Shown here: positions 1 to 9,520 of the stretch, piece after piece
Layout of the letters: every line of letters begins with the position of its first letter
Position numbering within the stretch: position 1 is the stretch's first letter
Assembly: GCA_022340845.1 (NCBI GenBank)
Contig: JAJDNG010000196.1
Location: 1 to 45,904 of the forward strand
Direction: 5' to 3'
DNA from: Gammaproteobacteria bacterium
GTDB taxonomy: Bacteria > Pseudomonadota > Gammaproteobacteria > SZUA-152
DNA length: 45,904 nt
Translations under genes and position numbers: made by a program
Notes under the pieces: generated by a model
Databases searched by the model: none
What the model was told of the DNA's origin: nothing
What the model saw: the letters and a program-made list of their open reading frames with translations, nothing else

Positions 1-63
1 AACCACAGACGCACCGTCTATCAACAGGCGGAACTGGATTTTATGCAGGAAGTGCTGGCTTGA
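1..63 (+). CDS. 3' end (last 20 codons) of an unidentified gene entering from upstream of the window
   Basis: Frame 1 is open from base 1 to the TGA at 61-63 (NHRRTVYQQAELDFMQEVLA*). A hairpin plus T-rich tract follows. The fragment is too short to identify. Confidence 0.3.
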   Translation, partial: NHRRTVYQQAELDFMQEVLA

Positions 64-70
64 GGAGCTG

Positions 71-110
71 ACGCGTAGACACGTTATTCGTGTCGCGCGT
101 TGTTCTTTCG
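71..110 (+). terminator. Candidate rho-independent terminator between convergent genes
   Basis: Perfect 6-bp stem GACACG(78-83)/CGTGTC(89-94) with loop TTATT. An outer stem ACGCG(71-75)/CGCGT(96-100) extends it across small bulges. The T-rich run tgttctttcggtgttttc follows. Confidence 0.45.
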
Positions 111-142
111 GTGTTTTCTAAATGCAGCGAATTATTACGCAC

Positions 143-592
143 CTATTTTTCATGTGCCGCGTCGGACGCAACATACTTGGCGAAATGGTAGCTTGGCAAT
201 CTCATCCCCTCGCGCTCATAAAAACGGTGCGCATCTTTTCTTTGCACACCGGAATCAAGATGCAACTGTTCACACCCTTCTCTAAGCGCATAATCGGTCA
301 ACCAAGTCATGAGAGCAGCGCCATATCCTTTTGAGCGCTCTGCTTGCAATGTGACAAGGTCATCAACATAGAGATAGCGTTTCCACGCCAGGCTTTCTCC
401 CAGCCGGAAGCCCGCTGCCGCCACGGGCATGCCAGCCACCTCGATGTAAGCCAATACATAACCAGACTTCTGGAGGTTACGGATTTTGCGAATAAAATCG
501 TCTTTGTGTATATCCGGTCGTAATTCCTTCAATACTGGAAAGCATGCTTCAATTTCTGCATCGGTTTTGGCGATACGTATATCCATGATCAA
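143..592 (-). CDS. GNAT-family N-acetyltransferase
   Basis: 149-aa ORF with a typical GNAT core (LYVDDLVTLQAERSKGYGAALMTWL: a Q/RxxGxG/A-like acetyl-CoA loop, then FYEREGM). It converges on the upstream gene. Confidence 0.85.
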   Translation of the reverse strand: MIMDIRIAKTDAEIEACFPVLKELRPDIHKDDFIRKIRNLQKSGYVLAYIEVAGMPVAAAGFRLGESLAWKRYLYVDDLVTLQAERSKGYGAALMTWLTDYALREGCEQLHLDSGVQRKDAHRFYEREGMRLPSYHFAKYVASDAAHEK

Positions 593-781
593 ATTCCTGT
601 GTTTAACGTCAGTGATCAGTTGGGGTGAATGTAAACCAAGCGCCTTGGTAGACGGACATATAGTGGGTTTGTGTTTTACGAATGTGTATTACGACAGTAT
701 TTTAATGAATGTTCCCACATCAACGGCGTTCAATCTCACAACGGCATCCCCGTGAGCGACAGGGATCGACTTGGCTAATGG

Positions 782-1132
782 TTAGAAGGCAGAATGACAT
801 GGATCGTTTTCACCAGTTGACCAAGACGGGGATAAAAATTTGAGTGTATTGTTTTCATCAAATTTGAAGCCTAACCAACCTATCCAAGTACAACCTTCTT
901 TTTCAAACGCTTCCTCATCGGTATATTTGCTCGCTGCTGCGACAATTTCTGCTTTCGTTACATTCTTTGCCACTTCAGAGAAAGTCGCCATAAGTTGTTT
1001 TCGAGTTTCTTCAAGCTCGTGGATTTGCTGATCCTTATATGAAAGCGTTACCCCGGTATCTATCACCTGGTATAGCCAAAATGCATTACTCGCCAATAGT
1101 AGCAGGCTTAGGAAGATGACGGTTATTTTCAT
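782..1132 (-). CDS. Small hypothetical protein with an N-terminal signal/anchor helix
   Basis: 116-aa ORF with a hydrophobic N-terminus (MKITVIFLSLLLLASNAFWLY) and two Cys in the C-terminal half. It is visibly more AT-rich than its neighbours. I recognise no family. Confidence 0.55.
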   Translation of the reverse strand: MKITVIFLSLLLLASNAFWLYQVIDTGVTLSYKDQQIHELEETRKQLMATFSEVAKNVTKAEIVAAASKYTDEEAFEKEGCTWIGWLGFKFDENNTLKFLSPSWSTGENDPCHSAF

Positions 1133-1506
1133 TTATGTCATATAGCATCTAAAAATCGGGTGAAAAAAAGTGGCGTGCTCTTTGCTATGTTGATTTGATA
1201 GATTCAAACAAGCAGTGGCCAGGTAAATACTTTTTTAGAGTCGCGTAATACCAGAAAATATAACTTCTGAATCAAAAACTCCGCCTGAAGAAAGAACCGG
1301 TACGGAAACGATCTGATTTTAGCCGAACTTCAGTAATTTTCACTAATTGATTGTGTTCGATTCGTGAAACGCAGAGTATATTGTATACGGCTCAATTAGC
1401 CTACCCGTATGACGAATACTATTGCCTATTCGTGCTATTGAGATTAACGCCGCTACTGATTGAAAAATCAGATAAAATTTACTATTTGACAACGGGGTAG
1501 GGCAAG

Positions 1507-1557
1507 GTGAATATTCACGCTTTATGCAAGTTATATGAATGTGTGAATATTTCATAT
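1507..1557. promoter_or_regulatory. Candidate operator: palindromes upstream of the ybjQ-like operon
   Basis: Perfect 12-bp palindrome GTGAATATTCAC (1507-1518) and a near copy GTGAATATTTCAT (1543-1555). The near copy is nested in the inverted repeat ATATGAA(1534-1540)/TTCATAT(1551-1557). The region lies 85-135 bp upstream of the GTG start at 1641. Confidence 0.3.
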
Positions 1558-1640
1558 AAATAGCTAAAATAATTTGGATAGACTTGCGCTTGTAAAGCAT
1601 GGTAAATAGTTTAACTCTTTTTTAAAAAAGGAATATTACA

Positions 1641-1955
1641 GTGTTAGTGACAAATCTTGAAATCGTACCGGGTAAACGCATCCAAAAACATTACGGCCTG
1701 GTGCAAGGCAGTTCGGTACGCGCCAAACATGTTGGCCGGGACATTATGGCGGGCCTGAAGAATGTTTTTGGCGGTGAATTGAAAGGCTATACTGAATTGC
1801 TGCAGGAATCCCGGCAGGAAGCTACAGATCGAATGATCGAACAGGCTCGCGCAGTGGGCGCAAATGCCGTGTTGAATGTCCGTTTTTCCACGTCCAGCGT
1901 TACTGCGGGTGCTGCAGAATTGTTTGCGTATGGCACTGCTGTGATTTTGGAGTAA
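1641..1955 (+). CDS. YbjQ/UPF0145 (DUF74) family protein, annotated in databases as a putative heavy-metal-binding domain
   Basis: 104-aa ORF whose full length matches the YbjQ pattern (GxVxG...AGLKNVFGGELKGYTELL...R.EA..RM...A...GANAV..VRF....V...AAE.FAYGTAV). GTG start. Confidence 0.9.
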   Translation: MLVTNLEIVPGKRIQKHYGLVQGSSVRAKHVGRDIMAGLKNVFGGELKGYTELLQESRQEATDRMIEQARAVGANAVLNVRFSTSSVTAGAAELFAYGTAVILE

Positions 1956-1961
1956 GCCGTA

Positions 1962-2405
1962 ATGTTAGAGCTTATTACCTTGATTGTTTTGCTGGCGCTG
2001 GGTTACGGATTTGGTCGTGTGGCTGAGTTACGGCATTACCGATCTATCCAATCACGCGAAGCGCAATATCGCAATCTACCCGCGATTGCTACAAAGTTTC
2101 CCGACCCTTCCTTAAGGCCCAGAGAAACTAACCTTGTTACGGGTAACGTAGTGATCTCCGTCGATTACTTCAAGCGCTTTTTGTCACAACTGCGCAATAT
2201 CGTCGGCGGTCGTGTTAAAGCCTATGAGACTTTGCTCGATCGAGCCCGACGCGAGGCTATTTTGCGCATGAAGGAAGATGCACACTCCCAAGGCGCCTCT
2301 TTAATCTTTAATGTAAAATTGGAAACTTCGAGTATTTACAAAGGAAAGGGGCGCGCCATTGGTTCCGTCGAAGTGCTTGCTTACGGCACGGCTTTTATGG
2401 ATTAG
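1962..2405 (+). CDS. Membrane-anchored YbjQ/UPF0145-domain protein
   Basis: 147 aa with an N-terminal TM helix (LITLIVLLALGYGF) followed by a YbjQ-like domain (NIVGGRVKAYETLLDRARREAILRMKEDA...VEVLAYGTA). It starts 7 nt after the previous stop, with a GGAG SD. Confidence 0.85.
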   Translation: MLELITLIVLLALGYGFGRVAELRHYRSIQSREAQYRNLPAIATKFPDPSLRPRETNLVTGNVVISVDYFKRFLSQLRNIVGGRVKAYETLLDRARREAILRMKEDAHSQGASLIFNVKLETSSIYKGKGRAIGSVEVLAYGTAFMD

Positions 2406-2434
2406 GGATTACTTGACTTCAGGTTGACTGACTT

Positions 2435-3298
2435 ATGGACTATTCAAACCCGCAAATACCCGAAGGAATTAATGTAAGTAAAACACATCCGCTGAGTGAG
2501 TTCGCCTTGCTTACCGTGGGTGTGTTTGGCGCGATAACCATTATTGTTCTGATCCTGGGTTTTTTCGCGGATAAATTGGCGCATTATATTCCATACAAAT
2601 ACGAATCAAGGATAACCATCAACTACGACTTCGAGACATACGACAATTCTCCACTTCAGCAATACATTCAATCATTGGCGAACAGAATAGCCGCCGCTGA
2701 ACAACTCCCCGAAGAGATGCGCATAAGTGTTAGCGTGGTCGAAAGTGACACCGTCAACGCGTTTGCAAGTCTCGGGGGCAAGATAGTGTTCTTCACCGGA
2801 TTGCTGGAAAAAATTCCCAACGAAAACGCCCTGGCGATGGTAATGGCACATGAAATCGCGCATATCAAACACCGTCACCCGATACGCAGCCTTGGCAGGG
2901 GCGTCGTGGTGGGGTTATTCGTTACATTGTTCAGCAGCGCAATCGGCAACGATATTGTCAGTAACAGCATGGGCAATGTGAGCTTTATTTCACAGTTAAA
3001 ATTCTCCCGCAACAATGAAGAGGAAGCAGACACAACAGCTCTTGATGCGCTTCAACAAATCTATGGACACATCAATGGCGCGGAAGATTTGTTTAAGATT
3101 CTAAAGGAGCAGGAATCCATTCATCAAATTCCTGAGTTTTTCAGTACCCACCCCTATACCGATGGCCGTATACGACACATTGAATCGATGAAGCAGAATG
3201 TCGGGGATAAAGAGGCTTTATTGACGGAATTGCCGCAACAATATAATAGCTGGATGAATCCATCGGAAAGCAATATGAATGTCAACGCGGATTTATGA
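2435..3298 (+). CDS. M48-family zinc metallopeptidase (membrane-anchored)
   Basis: 287 aa with an N-terminal TM helix, the HExxH zinc motif (MAHEIAHIKHRH) and the downstream acidic ligand motif (NNEEEADTTAL) typical of M48 (HtpX/Ste24-like) peptidases. Confidence 0.9.
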   Translation: MDYSNPQIPEGINVSKTHPLSEFALLTVGVFGAITIIVLILGFFADKLAHYIPYKYESRITINYDFETYDNSPLQQYIQSLANRIAAAEQLPEEMRISVSVVESDTVNAFASLGGKIVFFTGLLEKIPNENALAMVMAHEIAHIKHRHPIRSLGRGVVVGLFVTLFSSAIGNDIVSNSMGNVSFISQLKFSRNNEEEADTTALDALQQIYGHINGAEDLFKILKEQESIHQIPEFFSTHPYTDGRIRHIESMKQNVGDKEALLTELPQQYNSWMNPSESNMNVNADL

Positions 3299-3424
3299 AC
3301 AGTCTCTTGCGGCCTATAGCGGACGCGTGTGAAGGGGAAAGTGACTCGGTGGTTACCAAAGGAAGGTTTCTTGAGTACAAACCACCTACCACCTTTGTTT
3401 GCGGTTGATTGACAAACAGGAGTA

Positions 3425-3450
3425 GGCGCAATAGCGTAGAATATTGCGCC
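3425..3450 (+). terminator. GC-rich hairpin downstream of the M48 gene (possible terminator, no clear T-tract)
   Basis: Perfect 8-bp stem GGCGCAAT(3425-3432)/ATTGCGCC(3443-3450) with a 10-nt loop. Confidence 0.25.
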
Positions 3451-3484
3451 GCAATACTTGTCGGGCGCTCTATAAATATGTTCA

Positions 3485-3493
3485 TGGTATAAT
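3485..3493 (+). promoter_or_regulatory. Candidate extended -10 promoter element for the JetD-like gene
   Basis: TGGTATAAT (TGn + TATAAT) lies about 90 bp upstream of the ATG at 3585. No good -35 is present, which extended -10 promoters tolerate. Confidence 0.35.
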
Positions 3494-3584
3494 CCGCCAG
3501 GCCAATCATTAGTGATGTGGTTTTGGTAAGCCGCGAATGACGGAACACGTTGGTGTTACTCTTCCCTACGTTTTAAGGAGTGTA

Positions 3585-4730
3585 ATGAGTGCGTATGCAC
3601 AAAAGCCGGTATGGTTGCAGGAACAGTCCGATATTTTGAAGGTGCTGAACCAGTTCATCGACAAGCTCGATAAGAAGCCATTTGTACAATGGACCCAGCC
3701 ACCCAGTATTCCTGTCAATGAAAAAACCCTGCCTTGCCTGTTCGTGCAAGGAGAACGGGCGGACCAGACTTGGACGTTACTTAAAAGTCTGGAGCAGGAC
3801 TATGACGTGGTTCGCATTCGTTTGAATAAAAAGCGCAACCCACTGGATCCGGAATATTTCAACGCTCGCCTGCGTTTACAGAAACAGGCTGAGCCGCTGT
3901 TGCGCGCCTGGTTGCGGCGTCCGTATGAAGTGCCGGCACTACAGCAGTGGCGCGATGCCGTGCAACAAGCAAGTGGTCAGTTTCCTGGCGACGTTGCCAA
4001 GCTTTCTGCACGGCTCATTGGTTTAAGCGATAAGTCTGCCGAACAAATCGTGCAAGCGTTTGTGCGAATAGGGGGTTATCAGCGGCAGAAATTGACCTTG
4101 CGGCAACTGAGCTCGGTGTGTTTCTGGGGGCGGTCTAAGTTTCTGGATGGTCGTATGGATTTGGTGCGGAGTCTTTTTCCCGATATCCTTCTGACGCTTA
4201 GACCCATCGTGGTGAATATTTATTTGCCGCAGGCCATTAGTGGGGTATTGTTTATCGAGAATCAGGACAGTTATACCTGCGCCATGCAAGGCCTGCCTCG
4301 TGAGGTCCGGAATCTGGCGTTGGTCTACAGCGCCGGTTTTAAGAGCAGCGCGATTCGCATCCGTGACAAAGGTGGCGTGTCATTGCATTTTACGGGTTCC
4401 GGTGTTGAGCAACATCGTCAACAATTCGAACAATTCTGGCTGGAGGGGGCTCCGGTTGGATGGCCAGTGTGGTTTTGGGGCGATTTGGATTTCGCCGGGA
4501 TGACCATCTTAAAACAATTGATCAAACGCTTTCCGGCTATGAGGGCCTGGCAGCCGGGTTACCAAATCATGTTAGCGCATTTGCACAATGGCAATGGTTA
4601 TGCGGCCGCAACCGACGAGCCGCAAACCCAGACCGACCCTGGCTTGACGGAATGTGGTTATGCGGATGAACAATTGCTGCCCGCCTTGCGCACCCATGGT
4701 TTGTTTGTTGATCAGGAAATTGTTTATTGA
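3585..4730 (+). CDS. JetD-like / DUF2220-type Toprim-domain protein (orphan; alternative upstream start at 3537)
   Basis: Open frame 3537-4730. The ATG at 3585 follows AAGGAG. The C-terminal part carries Toprim-like motifs: VLFIENQDSY (Glu codon 4257-4259), FWGDLDFAGMTIL (DxD 4482-4490) and a C-terminal FVDQEIVY. This is the arrangement seen in the JetD/MksG C-terminal domain and Topo VI-A. Confidence 0.65.
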   Translation: MSAYAQKPVWLQEQSDILKVLNQFIDKLDKKPFVQWTQPPSIPVNEKTLPCLFVQGERADQTWTLLKSLEQDYDVVRIRLNKKRNPLDPEYFNARLRLQKQAEPLLRAWLRRPYEVPALQQWRDAVQQASGQFPGDVAKLSARLIGLSDKSAEQIVQAFVRIGGYQRQKLTLRQLSSVCFWGRSKFLDGRMDLVRSLFPDILLTLRPIVVNIYLPQAISGVLFIENQDSYTCAMQGLPREVRNLALVYSAGFKSSAIRIRDKGGVSLHFTGSGVEQHRQQFEQFWLEGAPVGWPVWFWGDLDFAGMTILKQLIKRFPAMRAWQPGYQIMLAHLHNGNGYAAATDEPQTQTDPGLTECGYADEQLLPALRTHGLFVDQEIVY

Positions 4731-4935
4731 TGCCTTTTGGGTCGCATCCCAAGTGGACAATCTAGACTATTCTGTCAGTTAACTGGTTAATCCATGACAT
4801 GGATCATTTTGGTTCACCTCGACTCGCAGTAGTTTTTTACCGGATTTATTCCCTTTTCTTCGTGGTTCGCATGGGTGTTCACAAAGCGCTAATATTGGAT
4901 GTGGTAAACTTCCGCTTACCAATACATTCTATGAC

Positions 4936-4996
4936 GTTTACAAAAACGATGTTGTTTACAAAAACGATGTTTAAAAAACGTCGTTTACAAAAAAGG
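4936..4996 (+). promoter_or_regulatory. Tandem 18-bp direct repeats plus a third partial copy, immediately upstream of glgB
   Basis: GTTTACAAAAACGATGTT at 4936-4953 is repeated exactly at 4954-4971, and a third copy GTTTACAAAAAAGG lies at 4983-4996. Small palindromes are embedded (CGTTT-ACAA-AAACG; AAACG-T-CGTTT). The block ends 10 bp before the glgB ATG (5007) and abuts the SD. Confidence 0.4.
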
Positions 4997-5006
4997 TGAG
5001 GACAAA

Positions 5007-7190
5007 ATGAGCAGTACCGCTCTTGATAAAGCTTTAGACAATGAATTCATTCGCATCGCCGACGCGCGCCATCATGATCCTTTCGCGGTGTTAGGCAAAC
5101 ATTCTACCGGTAACCAAATCGCTGTTCGGGCGTACATTCCCCATGCGTTGGAAGTTATGTTGGCGGAAGGTGAGCGTCCTTTACAACGCATCGCAGACAG
5201 CGATTTCTTCCAGTGGTTGGGTGAACCCGATTCCATACCGGAACATTACCGCTTGATATGGCGCGATGATGAACATCGCGAACATATCAGCCACGATCCT
5301 TACAGTTTTCCACCGCAAATATCCGAATTTGATTTGCACTTATTTGGCGAAGGCAAACACTGGCACGCTTACCGGCTTCTCGGCGCCCATATCCACGAAG
5401 TGGATGGTATTGCCGGGGTATTGTTTTCGGTGTGGGCGCCCAATGCCGAACGTGTCAGCGTGGTGGGGGATTTTAACCGTTGGGACGGCCGGCGCCACCC
5501 CATGCGGGTGCGCGGCGGCAGCGGAGTCTGGGAGTTATTTATCCCGGAATTAGGGCTCAACACGCTGTATAAATATGAAATCCGCAATCGCCACCATGGT
5601 ACGGTACATCTTAAAACCGATCCCTACGGACAGCAATTCGAAGTACGCCCGCTCACGGCGTCCATTGTCACCGCGGCGGATCAATATCAATGGCAGGATG
5701 AATCCTGGCTGCAGCACCGCGGTGCCTTTGACTGGCAACACAAGCCCATGTCCATTTACGAAGTGCACCTGGGTTCCTGGCAGCGGGGACCGGAAGGCGA
5801 ATTTCTCTCTTACCGGGAGATTGCCAAACGCCTGGTCGATTATGTAAAAGAATTGGGCTTTTCCCATATTGAGTTATTACCCATAACTGAACATCCTTAC
5901 GATCCTTCCTGGGGTTATCAAACCACTGGCTATTATGCGCCTACCAGCCGCCACGGGTTAGCCGATGACTTTCGTTATTTCGTGGATTATTGTCACCAAA
6001 ATCATATCGGTGTATTCCTGGATTGGGTGCCTGCGCATTTTCCCAAAGATGCCCATGGGTTGGCGCGCTTTGACGGCAGCCCCTTGTACGAACACGAAGA
6101 TCCGCGCCGCGGTGAACACCTGGATTGGTCGACTCTGATTTACAATTTCAGCCGCAATGAAGTGAAAAACTTTTTGTTATCCAGCGCTATGTTTTGGCTG
6201 GAAGAATTCCACATTGACGGGTTACGTGTGGACGCGGTGGCCTCCATGTTGTATCTGGATTATTCGCGCACCGACTGGATTCCCAACCAATACGGTGGCC
6301 GCGAAAATCTCGAAGCGATCGATTTTTTGCGTCAATTGAACACAGTGGTGCACGAAGCGCACCCGGGCGTGTTGATGATGGCCGAGGAGTCTACGTCTTG
6401 GCCACAAGTGAGCCGCCCGGTACACATCGGTGGCTTGGGTTTTGATTTGAAATGGAACATGGGTTGGATGAACGATACGTTGAGTTACATATCCAACGAG
6501 GCCATTCACCGCAAGTACCATCACGACATGCTGACATTCAGCATGTTGTATGCGTTTACCGAAAACTTCTTGCTGCCGTTTTCCCATGATGAAGTAGTGC
6601 ACGGAAAACAGTCCATACTGAATAAAATGCCCGGCGATGAATGGCAAAAGTTTGCCAATGTGCGCTTGTTGTATACCTACATGTTTACCCATCCCGGCAA
6701 AAAACTGTTGTTTATGGGTTGCGAATTCGCCCAGGGCCTGGAGTGGAACAGCACCCAAACGTTGGATTGGTACGTATTGGACTATAACCACCATCAAGGT
6801 ATCAAAACCCTGGTGCGGGATTTAAATCATCTTTATCATCACTCGCCGGCGTTGTTTACCTATGAATTCGACTGGCAAGGGTTTGATTGGATAGATTGTC
6901 ACGACTCCGATCAGTCCATTTTAAGTTATATTCGCCGGGCAGGAGACGATTTTCTGGTGGTGGTGGTTAACTTTACACCGGTGCCCAGGGAAAATTATCG
7001 CCTGGGTGTTCCCGTTGCAGGCAACTATCGAGAAATTTTCAATTCAGATTCCATGTATTATTCGGGGAGCAATATGGGCAACGGATTAAACGCCATGCAT
7101 ACCGATGATCAGGAATGGATGGGGAGGCCTGTCTCACTTTCACTGACTGTCCCGCCTTTAGCAGGTATTGTGTTGAAACTGGAATCATGA
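5007..7190 (+). CDS. glgB: 1,4-alpha-glucan (glycogen) branching enzyme, copy 1
   Basis: 727 aa with full-length GH13 branching-enzyme pattern ([64 protein letters not shown]). Confidence 0.97.
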   Translation: MSSTALDKALDNEFIRIADARHHDPFAVLGKHSTGNQIAVRAYIPHALEVMLAEGERPLQRIADSDFFQWLGEPDSIPEHYRLIWRDDEHREHISHDPYSFPPQISEFDLHLFGEGKHWHAYRLLGAHIHEVDGIAGVLFSVWAPNAERVSVVGDFNRWDGRRHPMRVRGGSGVWELFIPELGLNTLYKYEIRNRHHGTVHLKTDPYGQQFEVRPLTASIVTAADQYQWQDESWLQHRGAFDWQHKPMSIYEVHLGSWQRGPEGEFLSYREIAKRLVDYVKELGFSHIELLPITEHPYDPSWGYQTTGYYAPTSRHGLADDFRYFVDYCHQNHIGVFLDWVPAHFPKDAHGLARFDGSPLYEHEDPRRGEHLDWSTLIYNFSRNEVKNFLLSSAMFWLEEFHIDGLRVDAVASMLYLDYSRTDWIPNQYGGRENLEAIDFLRQLNTVVHEAHPGVLMMAEESTSWPQVSRPVHIGGLGFDLKWNMGWMNDTLSYISNEAIHRKYHHDMLTFSMLYAFTENFLLPFSHDEVVHGKQSILNKMPGDEWQKFANVRLLYTYMFTHPGKKLLFMGCEFAQGLEWNSTQTLDWYVLDYNHHQGIKTLVRDLNHLYHHSPALFTYEFDWQGFDWIDCHDSDQSILSYIRRAGDDFLVVVVNFTPVPRENYRLGVPVAGNYREIFNSDSMYYSGSNMGNGLNAMHTDDQEWMGRPVSLSLTVPPLAGIVLKLES

Positions 7191-7321
7191 TTCCAGCAGA
7201 AGGGAAGGCGAGGAGCAACGACGCGTTGTATGTGTCAAATAACCGATAAGTTTGCCGTGGATACACGCGTTAATGCTGACAACCAAAAGCAAGCGCACGT
7301 TCGTACACCTCTCAGGCCGCT

Positions 7322-9520
7322 ATGATGAATCGTAAGCCCGCTGTATGGCCCGGAAAACCGTATCCCCTGGGTTCGACCTGGAACGGTGAGGGGGTTAATT
7401 TTGCGTTGTTCTCGGAAAATGCCGAAAAAGTGGAGTTGTGTTTATTCGACCCCAATGGCAGACGCGTGACACATACTATCGACATGCGCTGGCAAACCGA
7501 TCAGGTTTGGCATTGTTATTTGCCCGAAGCGCGTCCGGGAACTTTGTACGGATTTCGGGTGCACGGCCCGTATGATCCTGCCAACGGGCATCGTTTCAAT
7601 GCCAAGAAACTGTTGCTTGACCCTTATGCTAAAGACGTGGTCGGGCGGTTGAGATGGAACGATGTACTGTTCGGTTACCGCGTGGGTAGTGTCCAGGAGG
7701 ATTTGTTCGCCGACAAGCGCGATAGTGCGGTCGGTATGCTGAAGAGCCGGGTGATAGATTCCTCGTTCACCTGGGGAGATGACAGGCCTTTGCGCACGCC
7801 CTGGCATGACACGATTATTTACGAAATGCATGTCAAAGGGTTTACCAGCCGCCATCCTGAAGTCCCACCAGAATTGCGCGGCACATATGTTGCGCTAGCT
7901 ACGGAGCCTGTCATTGAATATCTTAAACGCCTCGGTATTACTGCGGTGGAATTGATGCCGGTGCATGCGTTTATCGATGATCGGTTTTTGGTGGAAAAAA
8001 ACTTGCGCAATTACTGGGGATATAATTCCATAGGATTTTTTGCCCCGGATGCGCGTTATTCGCACAGTGGCAGCGTCAATGAATTTAAATCCATGGTCAA
8101 GCGGTTTCACTCCGAAGGCATAGAAGTGATTCTGGATGTAGTGTATAACCATACCGCTGAAGGCAACCATTTAGGGCCTACGTTGTGTTTTCGTGGTATC
8201 GATAATGCGGCTTACTACCGCTTGTCGGAGCAGAATCAGCGTTATTACACCGATTACACCGGTTGCGGCAATACCTTGAACATGCGCCACCCCCGGGTCT
8301 TGCAACTCATCATGGACAGTTTGCGCTATTGGGTGCTGGAGATGCACGTCGATGGATTTCGGTTCGATCTGGCCTCCGCTTTAGCCAGGGAACTGCACGC
8401 CGTGGATCGCTTGGGTGCTTTTTTCGATATCATTCATCAGGATCCTGTGCTTTCCCAGGTCAAATTGATTGCCGAGCCCTGGGATTTAGGTGAAGGCGGT
8501 TATCAAGTGGGCAACTTCCCCGTGGGATGGACCGAATGGAACGGTAAGTACCGCGATGTGATGCGCGCGTATTGGAAAGGCGATGGCGGGTTGATTGGCG
8601 ACATGGCTTATCGGTTAACCGGTTCCAGTGACTTGTATGAACACGGCGGCCGTCGCCCATACGCCAGTATCAATTTCATCACCTGCCACGACGGGTTCAC
8701 CTTGCACGATCTGGTCAGTTACAATCAAAAGCACAATCTCTCCAACGGGGAGGAAAACCGCGATGGGGAAAGCCACAACATCAGTTGGAATTGCGGTGAG
8801 GAGGGACCGACTAAAAACCAGCATATTAATCGTTTGCGGGCGAGACAAAAGCGTAACTTTCTTGCGACTTTACTCCTTTCCCAAGGGGTTCCCATGTTGC
8901 TGGCCGGGGATGAAATCGGCCGCTCGCAAAAGGGTAACAATAATACGTATTGTCAGGACAACGACTTAAGCTGGATCAATTGGGATATAAGCAAAGAGGA
9001 TAAAACATTATTCCAATTCGTTCGTTACCTGATTCGTTTGCGCAAAAGCCATCCGGCTTTCCGGCGACGATATTTTTTTCAAGGCAGGGATATTGTCGGC
9101 ACCGGCGTGAAAGATATTACCTGGCTGACACCGTTAGGCGGGGAAATGACAGACCAGGAGTGGAGTCAATCGTTTGCCCGATGTTTGGGTTTGTTTCTTG
9201 CGGGCAGCGCCATTGAAGAACACGATGAGCGGGGGAACTTGGTAAAAGACGATAACTTGATCCTGTTGCTCAGTGCGCACCACGAAGCCATTCCGTTTAC
9301 CCTGCCGGAAAAACCGGCATCCGCTCGCTGGGAAGTGTTAGTGGATACAAGTGCCGATAACGGCCGTGATCTTGAGGGTCGCTTTTATCATTCACGGGCG
9401 GAATTTCCGTTACAGAAAAGATCTTTTGTATTGTTGCGTCAACAAAAGCGACAAATTTCACCGGAGAGTAAAACGGAAGACCCCGCATATCCAGGCTCCG
9501 GCGTATCCCCGGTGGATTAA
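7322..9520 (+). CDS. glgX: Glycogen debranching enzyme GlgX (isoamylase type)
   Basis: 732 aa. The N-terminus ([22 protein letters not shown]) and the GH13 motifs ([35 protein letters not shown]) are typical of GlgX. Confidence 0.95.
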   Translation: MMNRKPAVWPGKPYPLGSTWNGEGVNFALFSENAEKVELCLFDPNGRRVTHTIDMRWQTDQVWHCYLPEARPGTLYGFRVHGPYDPANGHRFNAKKLLLDPYAKDVVGRLRWNDVLFGYRVGSVQEDLFADKRDSAVGMLKSRVIDSSFTWGDDRPLRTPWHDTIIYEMHVKGFTSRHPEVPPELRGTYVALATEPVIEYLKRLGITAVELMPVHAFIDDRFLVEKNLRNYWGYNSIGFFAPDARYSHSGSVNEFKSMVKRFHSEGIEVILDVVYNHTAEGNHLGPTLCFRGIDNAAYYRLSEQNQRYYTDYTGCGNTLNMRHPRVLQLIMDSLRYWVLEMHVDGFRFDLASALARELHAVDRLGAFFDIIHQDPVLSQVKLIAEPWDLGEGGYQVGNFPVGWTEWNGKYRDVMRAYWKGDGGLIGDMAYRLTGSSDLYEHGGRRPYASINFITCHDGFTLHDLVSYNQKHNLSNGEENRDGESHNISWNCGEEGPTKNQHINRLRARQKRNFLATLLLSQGVPMLLAGDEIGRSQKGNNNTYCQDNDLSWINWDISKEDKTLFQFVRYLIRLRKSHPAFRRRYFFQGRDIVGTGVKDITWLTPLGGEMTDQEWSQSFARCLGLFLAGSAIEEHDERGNLVKDDNLILLLSAHHEAIPFTLPEKPASARWEVLVDTSADNGRDLEGRFYHSRAEFPLQKRSFVLLRQQKRQISPESKTEDPAYPGSGVSPVD

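Noticed and set aside
1343-1600. 85-aa minus-strand ORF in the AT-rich gap
   Set aside because: It has low-complexity AT-driven composition (Ile/Tyr/Lys/Ser-rich), no SD and no homology that I recognise. It is probably non-coding.
3282-3548. 88-aa minus-strand ORF between the M48 and JetD-like genes
   Set aside because: It overlaps the M48 stop and the candidate promoter and hairpin, and has no SD. It is probably spurious.
4799-4999. 66-aa ORF covering the repeats upstream of glgB (contains FTKTM twice)
   Set aside because: The repeated peptide is just the translated 18-bp DNA repeat. There is no SD, and the ORF ends within the glgB ribosome-binding region. It is more likely regulatory DNA.
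6222-6797. 191-aa minus-strand ORF inside glgB copy 1. Similar long antisense or alternative-frame ORFs lie at 22425-23090 (221 aa), 21636-21950, 22049-22369 and 22619-22996 inside glgB copy 2.
   Set aside because: They lie entirely within strongly supported GH13 genes on the opposite strand or in another frame. They have biased His/Arg/Gly-rich composition typical of antisense reading of GC-balanced genes, and they lack an SD or any recognisable family.
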